A program made the translations under genes and the position numbers. From an uncultured Gemmatimonadales bacterium (GTDB lineage: Bacteria > Gemmatimonadota > Gemmatimonadetes > Gemmatimonadales > GWC2-71-9), in NCBI GenBank assembly GCA_963810185.1, contig CAWEMJ010000007.1:836190-900189 (forward strand): DNA of 64,000 nt. The letters run 5' to 3'. Shown in pieces: positions 1 to 8,753 of this stretch (its first letter is position 1; every line of letters begins with the position of its first letter). Below the pieces are notes generated by a model, which did not search any database, was not told the DNA's origin, and saw only the letters and a program-made list of their open reading frames with translations.

Positions 1-1
1 G

Positions 2-436
2 CAGCGGCACCTCAAGATCCTCGAATTGATCAGCACCCGTGCGCTTCACACGCAGGAGGAGGTGGCGGCGGCACTGGCTGAGGCGGGGTGGTCGGTCACC
101 CAGTCCTCCGTCAGCCGGGACATCGCGGCGCTGCGCCTGGTCAAGGTGAACGGGGCATACCGTCGCCCGGTGGTGGTGGCCCGTCCGGCGGACGATCCCG
201 ACCTTCGCCGTATTGCCGAAGCGCTCATCGGCGTCGAAACCGCGGGCGACGCCCTGGTCGTGTTGCGGACTCCCCCCGGCGAGGCCAGCCCGGTGGGCGC
301 CGCCCTCGATCGCCTCTCCTGGGCCGGGGTGATCGGGACGATCGCCGGGGATGACACCATTTTTGTGGCCGTGCGGGACGCGGCGGCCCAGCGCGCCGTG
401 TTGCGGGAGCTTCGCAAGATCGCCGCGCTTCCCTGA
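2..436 (+). CDS. argR: Arginine repressor ArgR (5' end runs off the window)
   Basis: The frame of ORF 26..436 stays open back to base 2 (QRHLKILELI...). It carries the winged-helix motif VTQSSVSRDIAALRLVKV and the C-terminal motif GTIAGDDTIFV typical of ArgR. Confidence 0.8.
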   Translation, partial: QRHLKILELISTRALHTQEEVAAALAEAGWSVTQSSVSRDIAALRLVKVNGAYRRPVVVARPADDPDLRRIAEALIGVETAGDALVVLRTPPGEASPVGAALDRLSWAGVIGTIAGDDTIFVAVRDAAAQRAVLRELRKIAALP

Positions 437-465
437 CCACGAACGCCTTAGCCGCAGGAGTCCAC

Positions 466-831
466 ATGGCTCGCACCACCCTCATTGAACACAAGGGCGT
501 CCAGATCGCCTTCCTGGACTTCGCGCACGTTCAGACGACCGAGGAGGCGCTGGCCGCCATCGAGGAGGCGGGTCAGATCGTCCAGGCGGCGCCGTTTCGG
601 AGCGTTCGCACCCTGACGCACGTGTCGGGGAGTCGGTTCAACGGCGAGGTGTTGGAGGCGGTCAAGCGGCTGGCGGTCAACAATCGGCCCTACGTGATCG
701 CGGGGGCCGTGGTGGGCCTGTCCGGGCTGCAGAAGGTGGTCTACACCACCGTGATGCGGTTCTCCAAGCGCAATATCCCCGCCTTTGACAACCTGGACGC
801 GGCCAAGGATTGGTTGATCGTCCAGACTTGA
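466..831 (+). CDS. Hypothetical protein, possibly SpoIIAA/STAS-like fold
   Basis: 121-aa ORF with an ATG preceded by GCAGGAG. It has no competing ORF and no diagnostic motif. The fold guess comes only from an alternating beta/alpha-like pattern. Confidence 0.5.
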   Translation: MARTTLIEHKGVQIAFLDFAHVQTTEEALAAIEEAGQIVQAAPFRSVRTLTHVSGSRFNGEVLEAVKRLAVNNRPYVIAGAVVGLSGLQKVVYTTVMRFSKRNIPAFDNLDAAKDWLIVQT

Positions 832-835
832 CGCG

Positions 836-1852
836 TCAGCTCGCCCTCCGATGGACGCCCGCGCCGTAGCGCACCGCCGTAATCTCAGCCAGGATGGCCA
901 GGGCGGTTTCGGCGGGTGAACGACCCCCCAGATCGAGCCCGATCGGCCCGAACAGCCTCGCCAGCTGGACCTCGGTGAGCCCTGCGGCGCCGAGCCGCTC
1001 CCGGCGCGCCGCCTGGGTCTTCTTCGACCCGATGGCGCCCACGTACATCGCGGGCGACCGCAGCGCGATCATCAGTGCGGGATCGTCGAATTTCGGGTCG
1101 TGCGTGAGTACCGCCACGGCGGTGGCCGAATCGATCCCTGCCTGCGCGAACGCTTCCTCGGGCCAGCCCAGGATCAGCTGGTCGGCGTCCGGGAATCGCT
1201 CGCGGGTGAGGAAGGCGGGGCGGCCGTCGGCCACGATCGTCCGGTAGCCCAGGGCGCGGGCCAGCGGCACCAGTTCGGCGGCCACGTGCACACCGCCGAA
1301 GATGACCAGCCGCGGGGGGCGCGCAAACACCTCGAGGAACACCGACGCCTCGACCCCGTCGACCGGGAGCCGCACGCTTCGCGACCTGCCTGAACGAAGC
1401 GCCTCGGTCGCGGCCCGGCCGATCGGCGTGACGTCGTCCGGCGTCTCGTCGCTGAACACGCTCGACCTCCCGGCGGCGGCACCATCGAGCACCGTCGCGA
1501 CGACCACGCCGCCGGGGCCGCGCGCTGCAGCGAGGAGGTCGTGGGCCACTTCCGGTTCAACCAGCACCTCGAGCGTCCCACCGCAGGCCAGGCCCACCTC
1601 CCAGGCGCGCTCGTCGGTAATGCCGTAGCGGACCAGCTTGGACGTCCGCCGCGCGATCGCCTCCTGAACTTCCTCTGCCACCGCCGTCTCCACGCAGCCC
1701 CCGGAGACGGAACCGGCCATTCGGCCACTCGCCGAGACCAGCATCGTGGCGCCTTCGGCCTGCGGGGCCGAGCCCCACACGGAGGTGACCACCGCGCGGC
1801 CGACCGGTTCGGCCTCCCGCATCCGCGCGTAGTCGGCCAGGAGGTGGCGCAT
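836..1852 (-). CDS. xdhC: XdhC/CoxI-family molybdoenzyme maturation factor
   Basis: N-terminal XdhC motif (GSAPQAEGATMLV...SGGCVE) followed by a Rossmann-like C-terminal half (LVIFGGVHVAAELVPLA). Confidence 0.85.
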   Translation of the reverse strand: MRHLLADYARMREAEPVGRAVVTSVWGSAPQAEGATMLVSASGRMAGSVSGGCVETAVAEEVQEAIARRTSKLVRYGITDERAWEVGLACGGTLEVLVEPEVAHDLLAAARGPGGVVVATVLDGAAAGRSSVFSDETPDDVTPIGRAATEALRSGRSRSVRLPVDGVEASVFLEVFARPPRLVIFGGVHVAAELVPLARALGYRTIVADGRPAFLTRERFPDADQLILGWPEEAFAQAGIDSATAVAVLTHDPKFDDPALMIALRSPAMYVGAIGSKKTQAARRERLGAAGLTEVQLARLFGPIGLDLGGRSPAETALAILAEITAVRYGAGVHRRAS

Positions 1853-1859
1853 CTCGCCG

Positions 1860-3401
1860 CTAACGGTTCCGGCCGTACTGCTCGTGGCTGGATACCCAGT
1901 CCGAGGAGGAGATCGCAGACGCCAGGGAGATCTCCCCCGCCAGCACCACGCCCGCGATGATTTCGGCCAGCTTGTTGACCTTGCCGCGCCCGCGGCAGCC
2001 GAGCACCTCGAGGCATTCGGCCTGCGTGGGCAACCCGGTGCCGCCGCCGTGGGTGGCGATGATCAGCGACGGGATCGTGATCGACAGGTACATGTCGCGA
2101 TTCTTGGTCAGTTCCGCGTAGAGGATGGCGGCGGACGACTCCGCCACGTTGGCCACGTCCTGGCCGGTGGCGATGAACAGCGCCGTGATGCCGTTGGCCG
2201 AGTGGGCCCCGTTGTTGTTGGCCCCGCTGATGAAGGCGCCGACGTTGGCGACGCCGTGGTGGTAGACGAGGCTTTCCGGCTCCACGCGCATCTGCTGGAT
2301 GAGGACGTCGCGCGGCACCGTAATCTCGGCGGTGACCCGCTTGCCCCGGGTCCGCATCACGTTGATCTGCGATGCCTTCTTGTCGGTGGCGAAGTTCGAC
2401 TCGAGATAGAAGTGGACGATCCCCGCGTAGTTGTCGAGGATCCAGCTGCAGGCGGCGAAGGTGGCGCGCCCCACCATGTTCTGGCCCGCGGCGTCGCCGG
2501 TGCTGTAGTTGAACCGCAGGAACACGAACTTGTTGGACTGGTACGGGTCGACGTATTGCAGCTTGGCGACGCTGGAGGTCGCTTCCGCTTCCTCCCGGAT
2601 CTTGGGCATCTGCGCTGCCACCCACGCCACGAACTCGCGCCCGGCGCGGGCGTCGTCGAAGACGAACACCGGCGCGCGCTGCATCGCGTCGCCCACCACC
2701 GTACAGCGCACCCCGCCCGACAGGTTGATCACCTTGATCCCCCGGTTGTACGAGGCGACGAGCGTGCCTTCGGAGGTAGCCATCGGCACCAGGAAGTCGC
2801 CCTTGGCGTGTTCGCCGTTGATGGTGATCGGACCGGCGATCCCCAGCGGCACCTGGGCCACGCCGACGAAATGCTCGCAATTCCCCTTGGTCAGGTGCGG
2901 ATCGAACGAATGCTTGCCGACGTGGTCGAGCCTGGCGCCGGTCTCCTTCTCCACGAACTGCTGCCGCGCCTTGATGGCCGCCTCGCTGTAGTCGTCCTCG
3001 GCGTCCCGGGGGATGCGTACCAGGGTGTGGGTGCCTTCCTGGATGGAGTCCTCCACGTCGAAGCTGAGCTTCCCGAACGTCTTGGTCTTGACCGCGAGGG
3101 CGATGGTGTGTTTTCCCGGTCCGACGGCCGGGTGCTTGGCGACCAGGGACAGGATCGCGCCGACCGGGAACTCGATGGCCGGGCCCCCGGCGACGGTGTC
3201 GGCGGTGAGGATCTGTCCCCCAGGCAGGTGGATGGCGACCCGGTCGAGCGCGACTGGCACACCGTCGATGACGACGGACAGCACGGCCGTGATCTCCACG
3301 CTGCTGAGGCGGTTTTTGATGCCGAACCGGACGCCCTGCTCGACGTTCGTCAGGCTGCCGAGAGTGTAGAGCTTTTTGAGCAGGAGGGTCGGGATGAACA
3401 T
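1860..3401 (-). CDS. Class I HMG-CoA reductase with a ~115-aa soluble N-terminal extension
   Basis: Class I catalytic motifs are present: MATSEGTLVAS, ATDKKAS, GDAAGQNMV, ATGQD, THGGGTG and C-terminal SSHEQYGRNR. The N-terminal 115 aa are beta-rich, are not a membrane anchor and match no family I recognise. Confidence 0.85.
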   Translation of the reverse strand: MFIPTLLLKKLYTLGSLTNVEQGVRFGIKNRLSSVEITAVLSVVIDGVPVALDRVAIHLPGGQILTADTVAGGPAIEFPVGAILSLVAKHPAVGPGKHTIALAVKTKTFGKLSFDVEDSIQEGTHTLVRIPRDAEDDYSEAAIKARQQFVEKETGARLDHVGKHSFDPHLTKGNCEHFVGVAQVPLGIAGPITINGEHAKGDFLVPMATSEGTLVASYNRGIKVINLSGGVRCTVVGDAMQRAPVFVFDDARAGREFVAWVAAQMPKIREEAEATSSVAKLQYVDPYQSNKFVFLRFNYSTGDAAGQNMVGRATFAACSWILDNYAGIVHFYLESNFATDKKASQINVMRTRGKRVTAEITVPRDVLIQQMRVEPESLVYHHGVANVGAFISGANNNGAHSANGITALFIATGQDVANVAESSAAILYAELTKNRDMYLSITIPSLIIATHGGGTGLPTQAECLEVLGCRGRGKVNKLAEIIAGVVLAGEISLASAISSSDWVSSHEQYGRNR

Positions 3402-3555
3402 GCGTGGGTTCTCCAGAAACGGGGCCGGGCGGTACGGGTCGGTGAACGCCTTGTATCTATCACGAAATCAACGACTTCGCCAGCACGGCCGCCGGCCGGC
3501 GGGGCAGGGGGGCAGGGGGCCGCAAGGCCGGGCCGGGATGGGGCGGATCCCAGGA

Positions 3556-3607
3556 TTGCCGCAGTGCGACAATCCGGGGTTGACAATTTGCCGCAGTGCG
3601 GTATATT
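3556..3607 (+). promoter_or_regulatory. Candidate sigma70 promoter of phaR with two direct 13-nt repeats (putative PhaR operator)
   Basis: TTGACA (3580-3585), a 16-nt spacer, then TATATT (3602-3607). TTGCCGCAGTGCG occurs twice: at 3556-3568 and at 3588-3600 inside the spacer. An AGGAGG RBS lies at 3619-3624. Confidence 0.45.
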
Positions 3608-3629
3608 CCGGGCACTTCAGGAGGGGCAC

Positions 3630-4112
3630 GTGGTCCGACTGGTCAAGCGCTACGGCGGCGGAAGCCGCAAACTGTACGACACCGAGGAGAGCCGCTACGT
3701 CTCGCTCGACGAGGTGGCCGGGTGGGTGCGCGAGGGCCAGGAGGTGCGGGTGCTGGACAGCGGCAGCGGGGAGGACGTGACGCGACAGGTGCTGGCGCAG
3801 ATCATCCTCGAAGGCGAAAAACAGGGGAAGTCGCTCCTCTCCGCCGACCTCTTCCACGATGTCATCCGCCGCGGCGAGGCCGCGTTGCAGGCGCGAGTGG
3901 AGCAGTTGCAGGAAGGAGTGGACCGCTTCGTGAAGGCGTCGGTCGATCACCTGCCCCCGGTCCGGGACGCGCGGCACGAAATGGAAGTGCTCCGGGAGGG
4001 CATTACAGGGCTGGAGCAGGCGCTTCGGGATCTCGAGGGGTCCCGGCCCCGGCCAAGGGCAAAGAAGGGCAAGTCCGGAACCACCGCCCGGCGCCGCCGG
4101 GCTGAAGGATAG
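3630..4112 (+). CDS. phaR: PHA synthesis repressor PhaR-like DNA-binding protein
   Basis: GTG at 3630 is in frame with the C-terminal part of ORF 1884..4112 and lies behind AGGAGG. The motif VKRYGGGSRKLYDTEESRYVSLDEV matches the PHB/PHA accumulation regulator DNA-binding domain. The upstream part of the 742-aa ORF is antisense to the HMG-CoA reductase gene. Confidence 0.8.
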   Translation: MVRLVKRYGGGSRKLYDTEESRYVSLDEVAGWVREGQEVRVLDSGSGEDVTRQVLAQIILEGEKQGKSLLSADLFHDVIRRGEAALQARVEQLQEGVDRFVKASVDHLPPVRDARHEMEVLREGITGLEQALRDLEGSRPRPRAKKGKSGTTARRRRAEG

Positions 4113-4178
4113 AAGTCAAACAGCAGGATCACACACAAACCACCGGACCGCAAAGCGGTCTGCCACCAGGAGGTACAT

Positions 4179-4589
4179 ATGGCACGCACTACTCGCAGCA
4201 CCACCGCCCTGACCGTCAGGGACAACGCGCAGCACATCTGGCTCGCCGGGCTCGGCGCGCTGGCCACCGCCGGTGAAGAGGGCGGCCGAGTGTTCGAGGA
4301 TCTCGTCGAGAAGGGCGCCAAGCTGGAAAAGACCGGCCGCGCGCGCTTGGAGAAGGTGCTCCACAAGGCGCAGGGCCGCGCCCGGACGCTTCGCGGCGAG
4401 GCGGAAGGCGCCATCGGCCGCGTCTCGGCCCCGATCGACCACGGCGTCGCGACCGCCTTGAACAAGCTCGGCATCCCGACCCGCAAGGAGATCCTCGCGC
4501 TGACTCGCCGGGTGGAAGAGCTCACCCGCACGGTGCAGACCGCGAAGAAGCGCCCGGCCAGGAAGACGGCCCGCCGGGCGGCCAAGTAA
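4179..4589 (+). CDS. Phasin-family PHA granule-associated protein
   Basis: 136-aa Ala/Lys/Glu-rich helical protein. The IWLAGLGALATAGEEG...FEDLVEKGAKLE and LGIPTRKEILALTRRVEEL motifs resemble TIGR01837-type phasins. An AGGAGG RBS is present. Confidence 0.75.
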   Translation: MARTTRSTTALTVRDNAQHIWLAGLGALATAGEEGGRVFEDLVEKGAKLEKTGRARLEKVLHKAQGRARTLRGEAEGAIGRVSAPIDHGVATALNKLGIPTRKEILALTRRVEELTRTVQTAKKRPARKTARRAAK

Positions 4590-4600
4590 GGAGTCGCGCC

Positions 4601-5857
4601 ATGCCCACCAAGGCACGGCGCAGCAAGAAACGCCGCCGGATCGGCCTCGCGCTGGCCGGCGGCGGTCCGGAGGGCGCCGTCTACGAAATCGGCGCACTCC
4701 GGGCCCTCGATGAGGCGCTCGACGGCCTCGATCTGCATGAACTGGACATCTACGTCGGCGTGAGCGCCGGGGCGTTCATCGCCTCGTCGCTCGCCAACGA
4801 CCTCACCACCGTGCAGATGGTGCGCGCGCTCGTCAAGCACGAGCCAGGCGAGCATCCCTTCGTTCCCCAGACCTTCTTCACGCCGAACTACCGCGAATGG
4901 GCCAAGCGGAGCCTCATGCTCCCGCGCCTCTTTGCCGATGCCATGCTGGAGTTCCGGCGCGGCCCCGAGGAACAGACCCTCTTCGAGTCGCTCACCAAGA
5001 TGGCCCGGGCCCTCCCCGTCGGACTCTTCGACAACGAGCCGATCCGTCGGTACCTGGAGCGGACGTTCAGCATCAAGGGTCGGAGTGATGACTTCCGTGA
5101 ACTCCGCCAGCGGCTCATCGTCGTGGCCACCGACCTCGAGAGCGGCCGGCCGATCCTCTTCGGCGAACCCGGCTGGGACCACGTGCCGATATCCACCGCC
5201 GTCCAGGCGAGCACCGCCATACCGGGGTTCTACCCGCCGGTAAAGATCGAGGGTCGGTATTGTGTGGACGGGATCCTGCTGAAGACGCTTCACGCGTCGG
5301 TGGCGCTCAAGGAAGGCGTGGACCTGCTGCTTTGCGTCAATCCGCTGGTGCCCGCCGACCTGCGGGACGCCGTCGAAGCCGGGCAGCTCAAGGAAGGGGC
5401 GTTGCTCAAGAAGGGGCTCGCCACCGTGTTGAGCCAGACGGTGCGGACGCTCATCAATTCCCGCCTCGAAGTCGGGATGCGCGAATACCAGACCCGCTTC
5501 CCCGATTCCGAGGTCCTGCTCTTCCAGCCTGAGCGGAACGAGTTCGACCTCTTCTTCAGCAACATCTTCAGTTTCCGCTCCCGCCGGCGGGTGTGCGAGC
5601 TCGCGTACGACGCGACACGGCGGAATCTGCGCGCGCGGCGCAAGACGATCGGCCCGATGCTGAAGCCCTACGGGATCACGCTGCGGGAGGACATCCTGGA
5701 CGATCCGCGGGACATCTGGACCAGCGTGGGACTCGATCAGTTCAGCGAGCGGGACCCCATGACGAGCCAGTTCGCGGTGGCGCTCGATCGGTTCGAGGTG
5801 GCGGTCACGAGCGAAATGCCGGTGGCGCCGGGGTCAGGCGGGCGGGCGCGGGGGTAG
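4601..5857 (+). CDS. Patatin-like phospholipase
   Basis: Oxyanion-hole motif LAGGGPEGAVYEIGAL, nucleophile elbow GVSAGA and a catalytic Asp context CVDGIL. Confidence 0.85.
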   Translation: MPTKARRSKKRRRIGLALAGGGPEGAVYEIGALRALDEALDGLDLHELDIYVGVSAGAFIASSLANDLTTVQMVRALVKHEPGEHPFVPQTFFTPNYREWAKRSLMLPRLFADAMLEFRRGPEEQTLFESLTKMARALPVGLFDNEPIRRYLERTFSIKGRSDDFRELRQRLIVVATDLESGRPILFGEPGWDHVPISTAVQASTAIPGFYPPVKIEGRYCVDGILLKTLHASVALKEGVDLLLCVNPLVPADLRDAVEAGQLKEGALLKKGLATVLSQTVRTLINSRLEVGMREYQTRFPDSEVLLFQPERNEFDLFFSNIFSFRSRRRVCELAYDATRRNLRARRKTIGPMLKPYGITLREDILDDPRDIWTSVGLDQFSERDPMTSQFAVALDRFEVAVTSEMPVAPGSGGRARG

Positions 5858-7033
5858 CGGGCGGTCCGAGAGTCGCCACGTGAACGCGCCCTGCAGCTCC
5901 GCCCGCTTTGACCGCGGTACCCCGCGATATCCGCACGGTGGCTTCCGGAACATCCGCGCCAGCGTCAACAGCGGCCACCCGAAGGGCAGGTAGAACCCGA
6001 TCAAGTCCCAGTCCCGCAGCACGCGGTGCAGGGCGTTCCGCGCCGGCGGCCGGTGCTGGTCGCGCGTCCGTCGCACGAACGAAATCGGCCACCCGGTCGG
6101 CAGCGCCCACCGCAACTTTCCCCATCCGGCCTTGATGGCCTGCCAGAGATGCGGCGCGTCGAACGGGCGTCGTCCGTGAATCTTGACCAGCGCGTCGAGC
6201 TGGACCTGCATTTCCTGGCGCACCCGTTCCGCGGTGCGCTGCAGCGTCGGCCGGTCCGGCTCCGCGAGGTTCGTCAACCCCGCCTGTGTCAGATATCCCG
6301 CCACGTCGATCGGCTCCCCGAGGACGAAGATGGTCCTGGCCGGGAAGGCGAGGTACCAGATCCACGGGAAGATGATCGCCACGATTCCCGCCGGTAGCGG
6401 CAGGAACGGGACGCCGAAATAGCGCTGCATGAATCGGTCGAGCGGCGGGAAGACGTATCCGAAGGGGTTGATCCACTCCGCGTTGATCATGTACAGCGGA
6501 ATCACGGGAGCCCGGTGGCGCGCGGCCAGGAGCACGAAGCTGGTGCTGAAGCGTTGCAGCTGGTACCGACGGTTGAATCCCTTCCCGATGCCGGGGACGC
6601 CTTCCGGGAAATACAGGATCCGGTCGCCTCGGGTCAGCAGCCGGTCGAAATTGTCGAACAGCATGTCCACGCCACCGCCGCGGCGCCAGAAATCGTCCAG
6701 GCCGAACGGCCGCATCCACCAGGTGTAGGAGAGTTCCTTCTCGTACACCGCGCGGAGCTTCTTGTCGGTCCGGTACCCCTCGCCCCGCCAGTGCGCGGCG
6801 TCGAAGATGATGGCGTCGTAGGGGAAGGCGTTGCCGCTGTGATTCGCGGCCAGCACCACCGGACCCTCAGCCGGCAGGTTGTTCAGCCCGAAGATGGCCG
6901 GACGGAAATAGTGATCCAGCATCGGGCCCAGGACGTCATCCATCATCATGCGGCTGAAGGCAGGGTCGAACGGCTCCCACGGTTCCGGGGGTTCGGTCGG
7001 CGGATGCGTCGGCAGGGGTGCGGGTGGGCGCAT
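5834..7033 (-). CDS. PlsC-like (lysophospholipid) acyltransferase family protein
   Basis: LAANHSGNAFPYD and FPEGVPG motifs of the LPLAT superfamily. The 3' end overlaps the convergent patatin gene by 24 nt. Confidence 0.7.
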   Translation of the reverse strand: MRPPAPLPTHPPTEPPEPWEPFDPAFSRMMMDDVLGPMLDHYFRPAIFGLNNLPAEGPVVLAANHSGNAFPYDAIIFDAAHWRGEGYRTDKKLRAVYEKELSYTWWMRPFGLDDFWRRGGGVDMLFDNFDRLLTRGDRILYFPEGVPGIGKGFNRRYQLQRFSTSFVLLAARHRAPVIPLYMINAEWINPFGYVFPPLDRFMQRYFGVPFLPLPAGIVAIIFPWIWYLAFPARTIFVLGEPIDVAGYLTQAGLTNLAEPDRPTLQRTAERVRQEMQVQLDALVKIHGRRPFDAPHLWQAIKAGWGKLRWALPTGWPISFVRRTRDQHRPPARNALHRVLRDWDLIGFYLPFGWPLLTLARMFRKPPCGYRGVPRSKRAELQGAFTWRLSDRPLPPRPPA

Positions 7034-7037
7034 CGTC

Positions 7038-8720
7038 TCAGCCTCCCTTGCGGATCGCGAGGACGAAGGCGATGGCGAAGAACGGCACGTAAAACGGCCA
7101 GGCCTGCGTGCCGACGAAGCCCAGGATGATGGCCCCGGCCACCAGAGAAAATCCGGCGATCAAGGTGCCACGCAATCCGGCGAACGGATTTTCAGTGCTT
7201 CGCTTGGCAGTCTTTTCCATGACCCGGAGTCCTTCCGTGATCAGGAGCGGCATCTTGACCAGCGCGTCCACCAGGTCGGGGGCGCCCCGGAGCCCTTCCT
7301 GGGCTAAGCGCACCGGACTGAACTGCTGGATGAACACCCGGCGGACATGGCGCTTCGACACCTCGGCCACGTCAAAGCCCGGCAGGAGAATCTGCCCGAC
7401 GCCCTCGAAGGTGATCAGCGCCTTGACCATCAGCACCATCTCCACCGGGAAAAACATCCGGTACTCCGCGCCCCGGCTCACCGACTCGAGGATCAGCTGT
7501 CCGAGGGAGAAGCTGTCGAAATTGGAGTTCCGGCGCCAGCGGGTGGAGATCTCCGCGACGTCGCGGCGGAATCCCGCCGGATCACCCCCGCGGCCTGGCT
7601 CTGCCGCCGCCGAGAGATACCGGGCGGCGTTTTCCGCGTCCCCCATGACGAGCGCGTAGTAGTAGTAGAGCAGCGTCCGGCGGAGTTCGTCGTGCATCCG
7701 CCCGACCATGCCGAGGTCGATGAACCCCGCCTTGGGGCCGGGAAGCACGATGAGGTTGCCGGGGTGGAGGTCGGCGTGGAAGAACCCGTCCTTGTAGATC
7801 ATCCGGATGATGGCTTCGGCGCCCAGGTCCACGAGCCGCTCGCGGTCTTCCAGCGACATGGCCTGGACCTGCTTTGAATCCGGTCGATAGCCGTCGAAGA
7901 ACTCCATCGTCAGCACGCGCTCGCCGCTGAACTCACGGTAGATCTTTGGAAAGACGATGCCCGGTTCGTCCGCAAAGTTCGCGGCGAAGGTCTCGGCGTT
8001 GTCGGCCTCGCGGCGCAGGTCCACCTCGCGCAGCGTGTAGTCGGAAAACTCCCGGATGATCCGCTTCGGGCCGTAGCGCGGAAAGGCGAGTTCCAGCACC
8101 CAGCCCGCCATTGCCAGGAGCTTGGCGTCGCGCCGCAGGATGGCCGGAATCCCGGGCTTGACCACCTTGATGATGACCGGGTCGCCGTCGCGCGTGGTCG
8201 CTCGGTGGGCCTGTCCGATGGACGCAGAGCCGAGGGGGATCTCGTCGATCGACAGGAACATGTCGTCGAGCGGGCGACCCAGGTCACGCGTGATGAGTTC
8301 GCAGAGCACCGGAAACGGGACTGCGGGCAGCGAGGCCAGCAGGTGCTTCAATTCCTGCGTGATCGACTTCGGCAGGATGTCTTCGCGGAGGCTGAGGATC
8401 TGCCCGAGCTTGATATAGGTGGGGCCGAGTCGCTCCAGCCGTCGGCGCAGCTGCACCGGGAATGGGAGGTCCCGAAGGCTGCGGTCGAGAAACGGCCGGG
8501 TGAATGCATTCAGCACCCGCAGGAGAAAGAAGCCGAGGCCCTTTCCCCTGGGCGTACCCTTCCGCTGCTCCACGTCCACGGACAACGCGCCGAAGACGAG
8601 TCCGAACAGGTGGCGTTGGGTCGTCAGGAAGCGGCGGAAGAGGCTCTGCCTGGGCAGTACCTGGTACACCTCGAATGAGGCGGCGGCGGTGGGTTCGTCA
8701 AGGACAGTGGAGGGCGACAT
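7038..8720 (-). CDS. ABC1/UbiB-family atypical kinase with C-terminal TM helices
   Basis: ABC1 motifs PLGSASIGQAHRA, VIIKVVKPG, FHADLHPGNL and IDLGMVG, plus a hydrophobic C-terminus (LIAGFSLVAGAIILGFV...). Confidence 0.85.
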   Translation of the reverse strand: MSPSTVLDEPTAAASFEVYQVLPRQSLFRRFLTTQRHLFGLVFGALSVDVEQRKGTPRGKGLGFFLLRVLNAFTRPFLDRSLRDLPFPVQLRRRLERLGPTYIKLGQILSLREDILPKSITQELKHLLASLPAVPFPVLCELITRDLGRPLDDMFLSIDEIPLGSASIGQAHRATTRDGDPVIIKVVKPGIPAILRRDAKLLAMAGWVLELAFPRYGPKRIIREFSDYTLREVDLRREADNAETFAANFADEPGIVFPKIYREFSGERVLTMEFFDGYRPDSKQVQAMSLEDRERLVDLGAEAIIRMIYKDGFFHADLHPGNLIVLPGPKAGFIDLGMVGRMHDELRRTLLYYYYALVMGDAENAARYLSAAAEPGRGGDPAGFRRDVAEISTRWRRNSNFDSFSLGQLILESVSRGAEYRMFFPVEMVLMVKALITFEGVGQILLPGFDVAEVSKRHVRRVFIQQFSPVRLAQEGLRGAPDLVDALVKMPLLITEGLRVMEKTAKRSTENPFAGLRGTLIAGFSLVAGAIILGFVGTQAWPFYVPFFAIAFVLAIRKGG

Positions 8721-8753
8721 CAGGCTCTAATAACCCGCTTCAAGAGGGAGAGG

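Noticed and set aside
1884-3629. N-terminal 582 codons of the 742-aa plus-strand ORF 1884..4112
   Set aside because: This part is antisense to the motif-rich HMG-CoA reductase gene and has Arg/Gly/Asp-rich shadow composition. The PhaR homology begins only at GTG 3630, behind an AGGAGG RBS.
4135-4165. Small hairpin GACCGC-AAA-GCGGTC between phaR and the phasin gene as an attenuator
   Set aside because: The stem is only 6 bp with a 3-nt loop, there is no U-tract, and it lies close to the phasin RBS. This is too weak to call.
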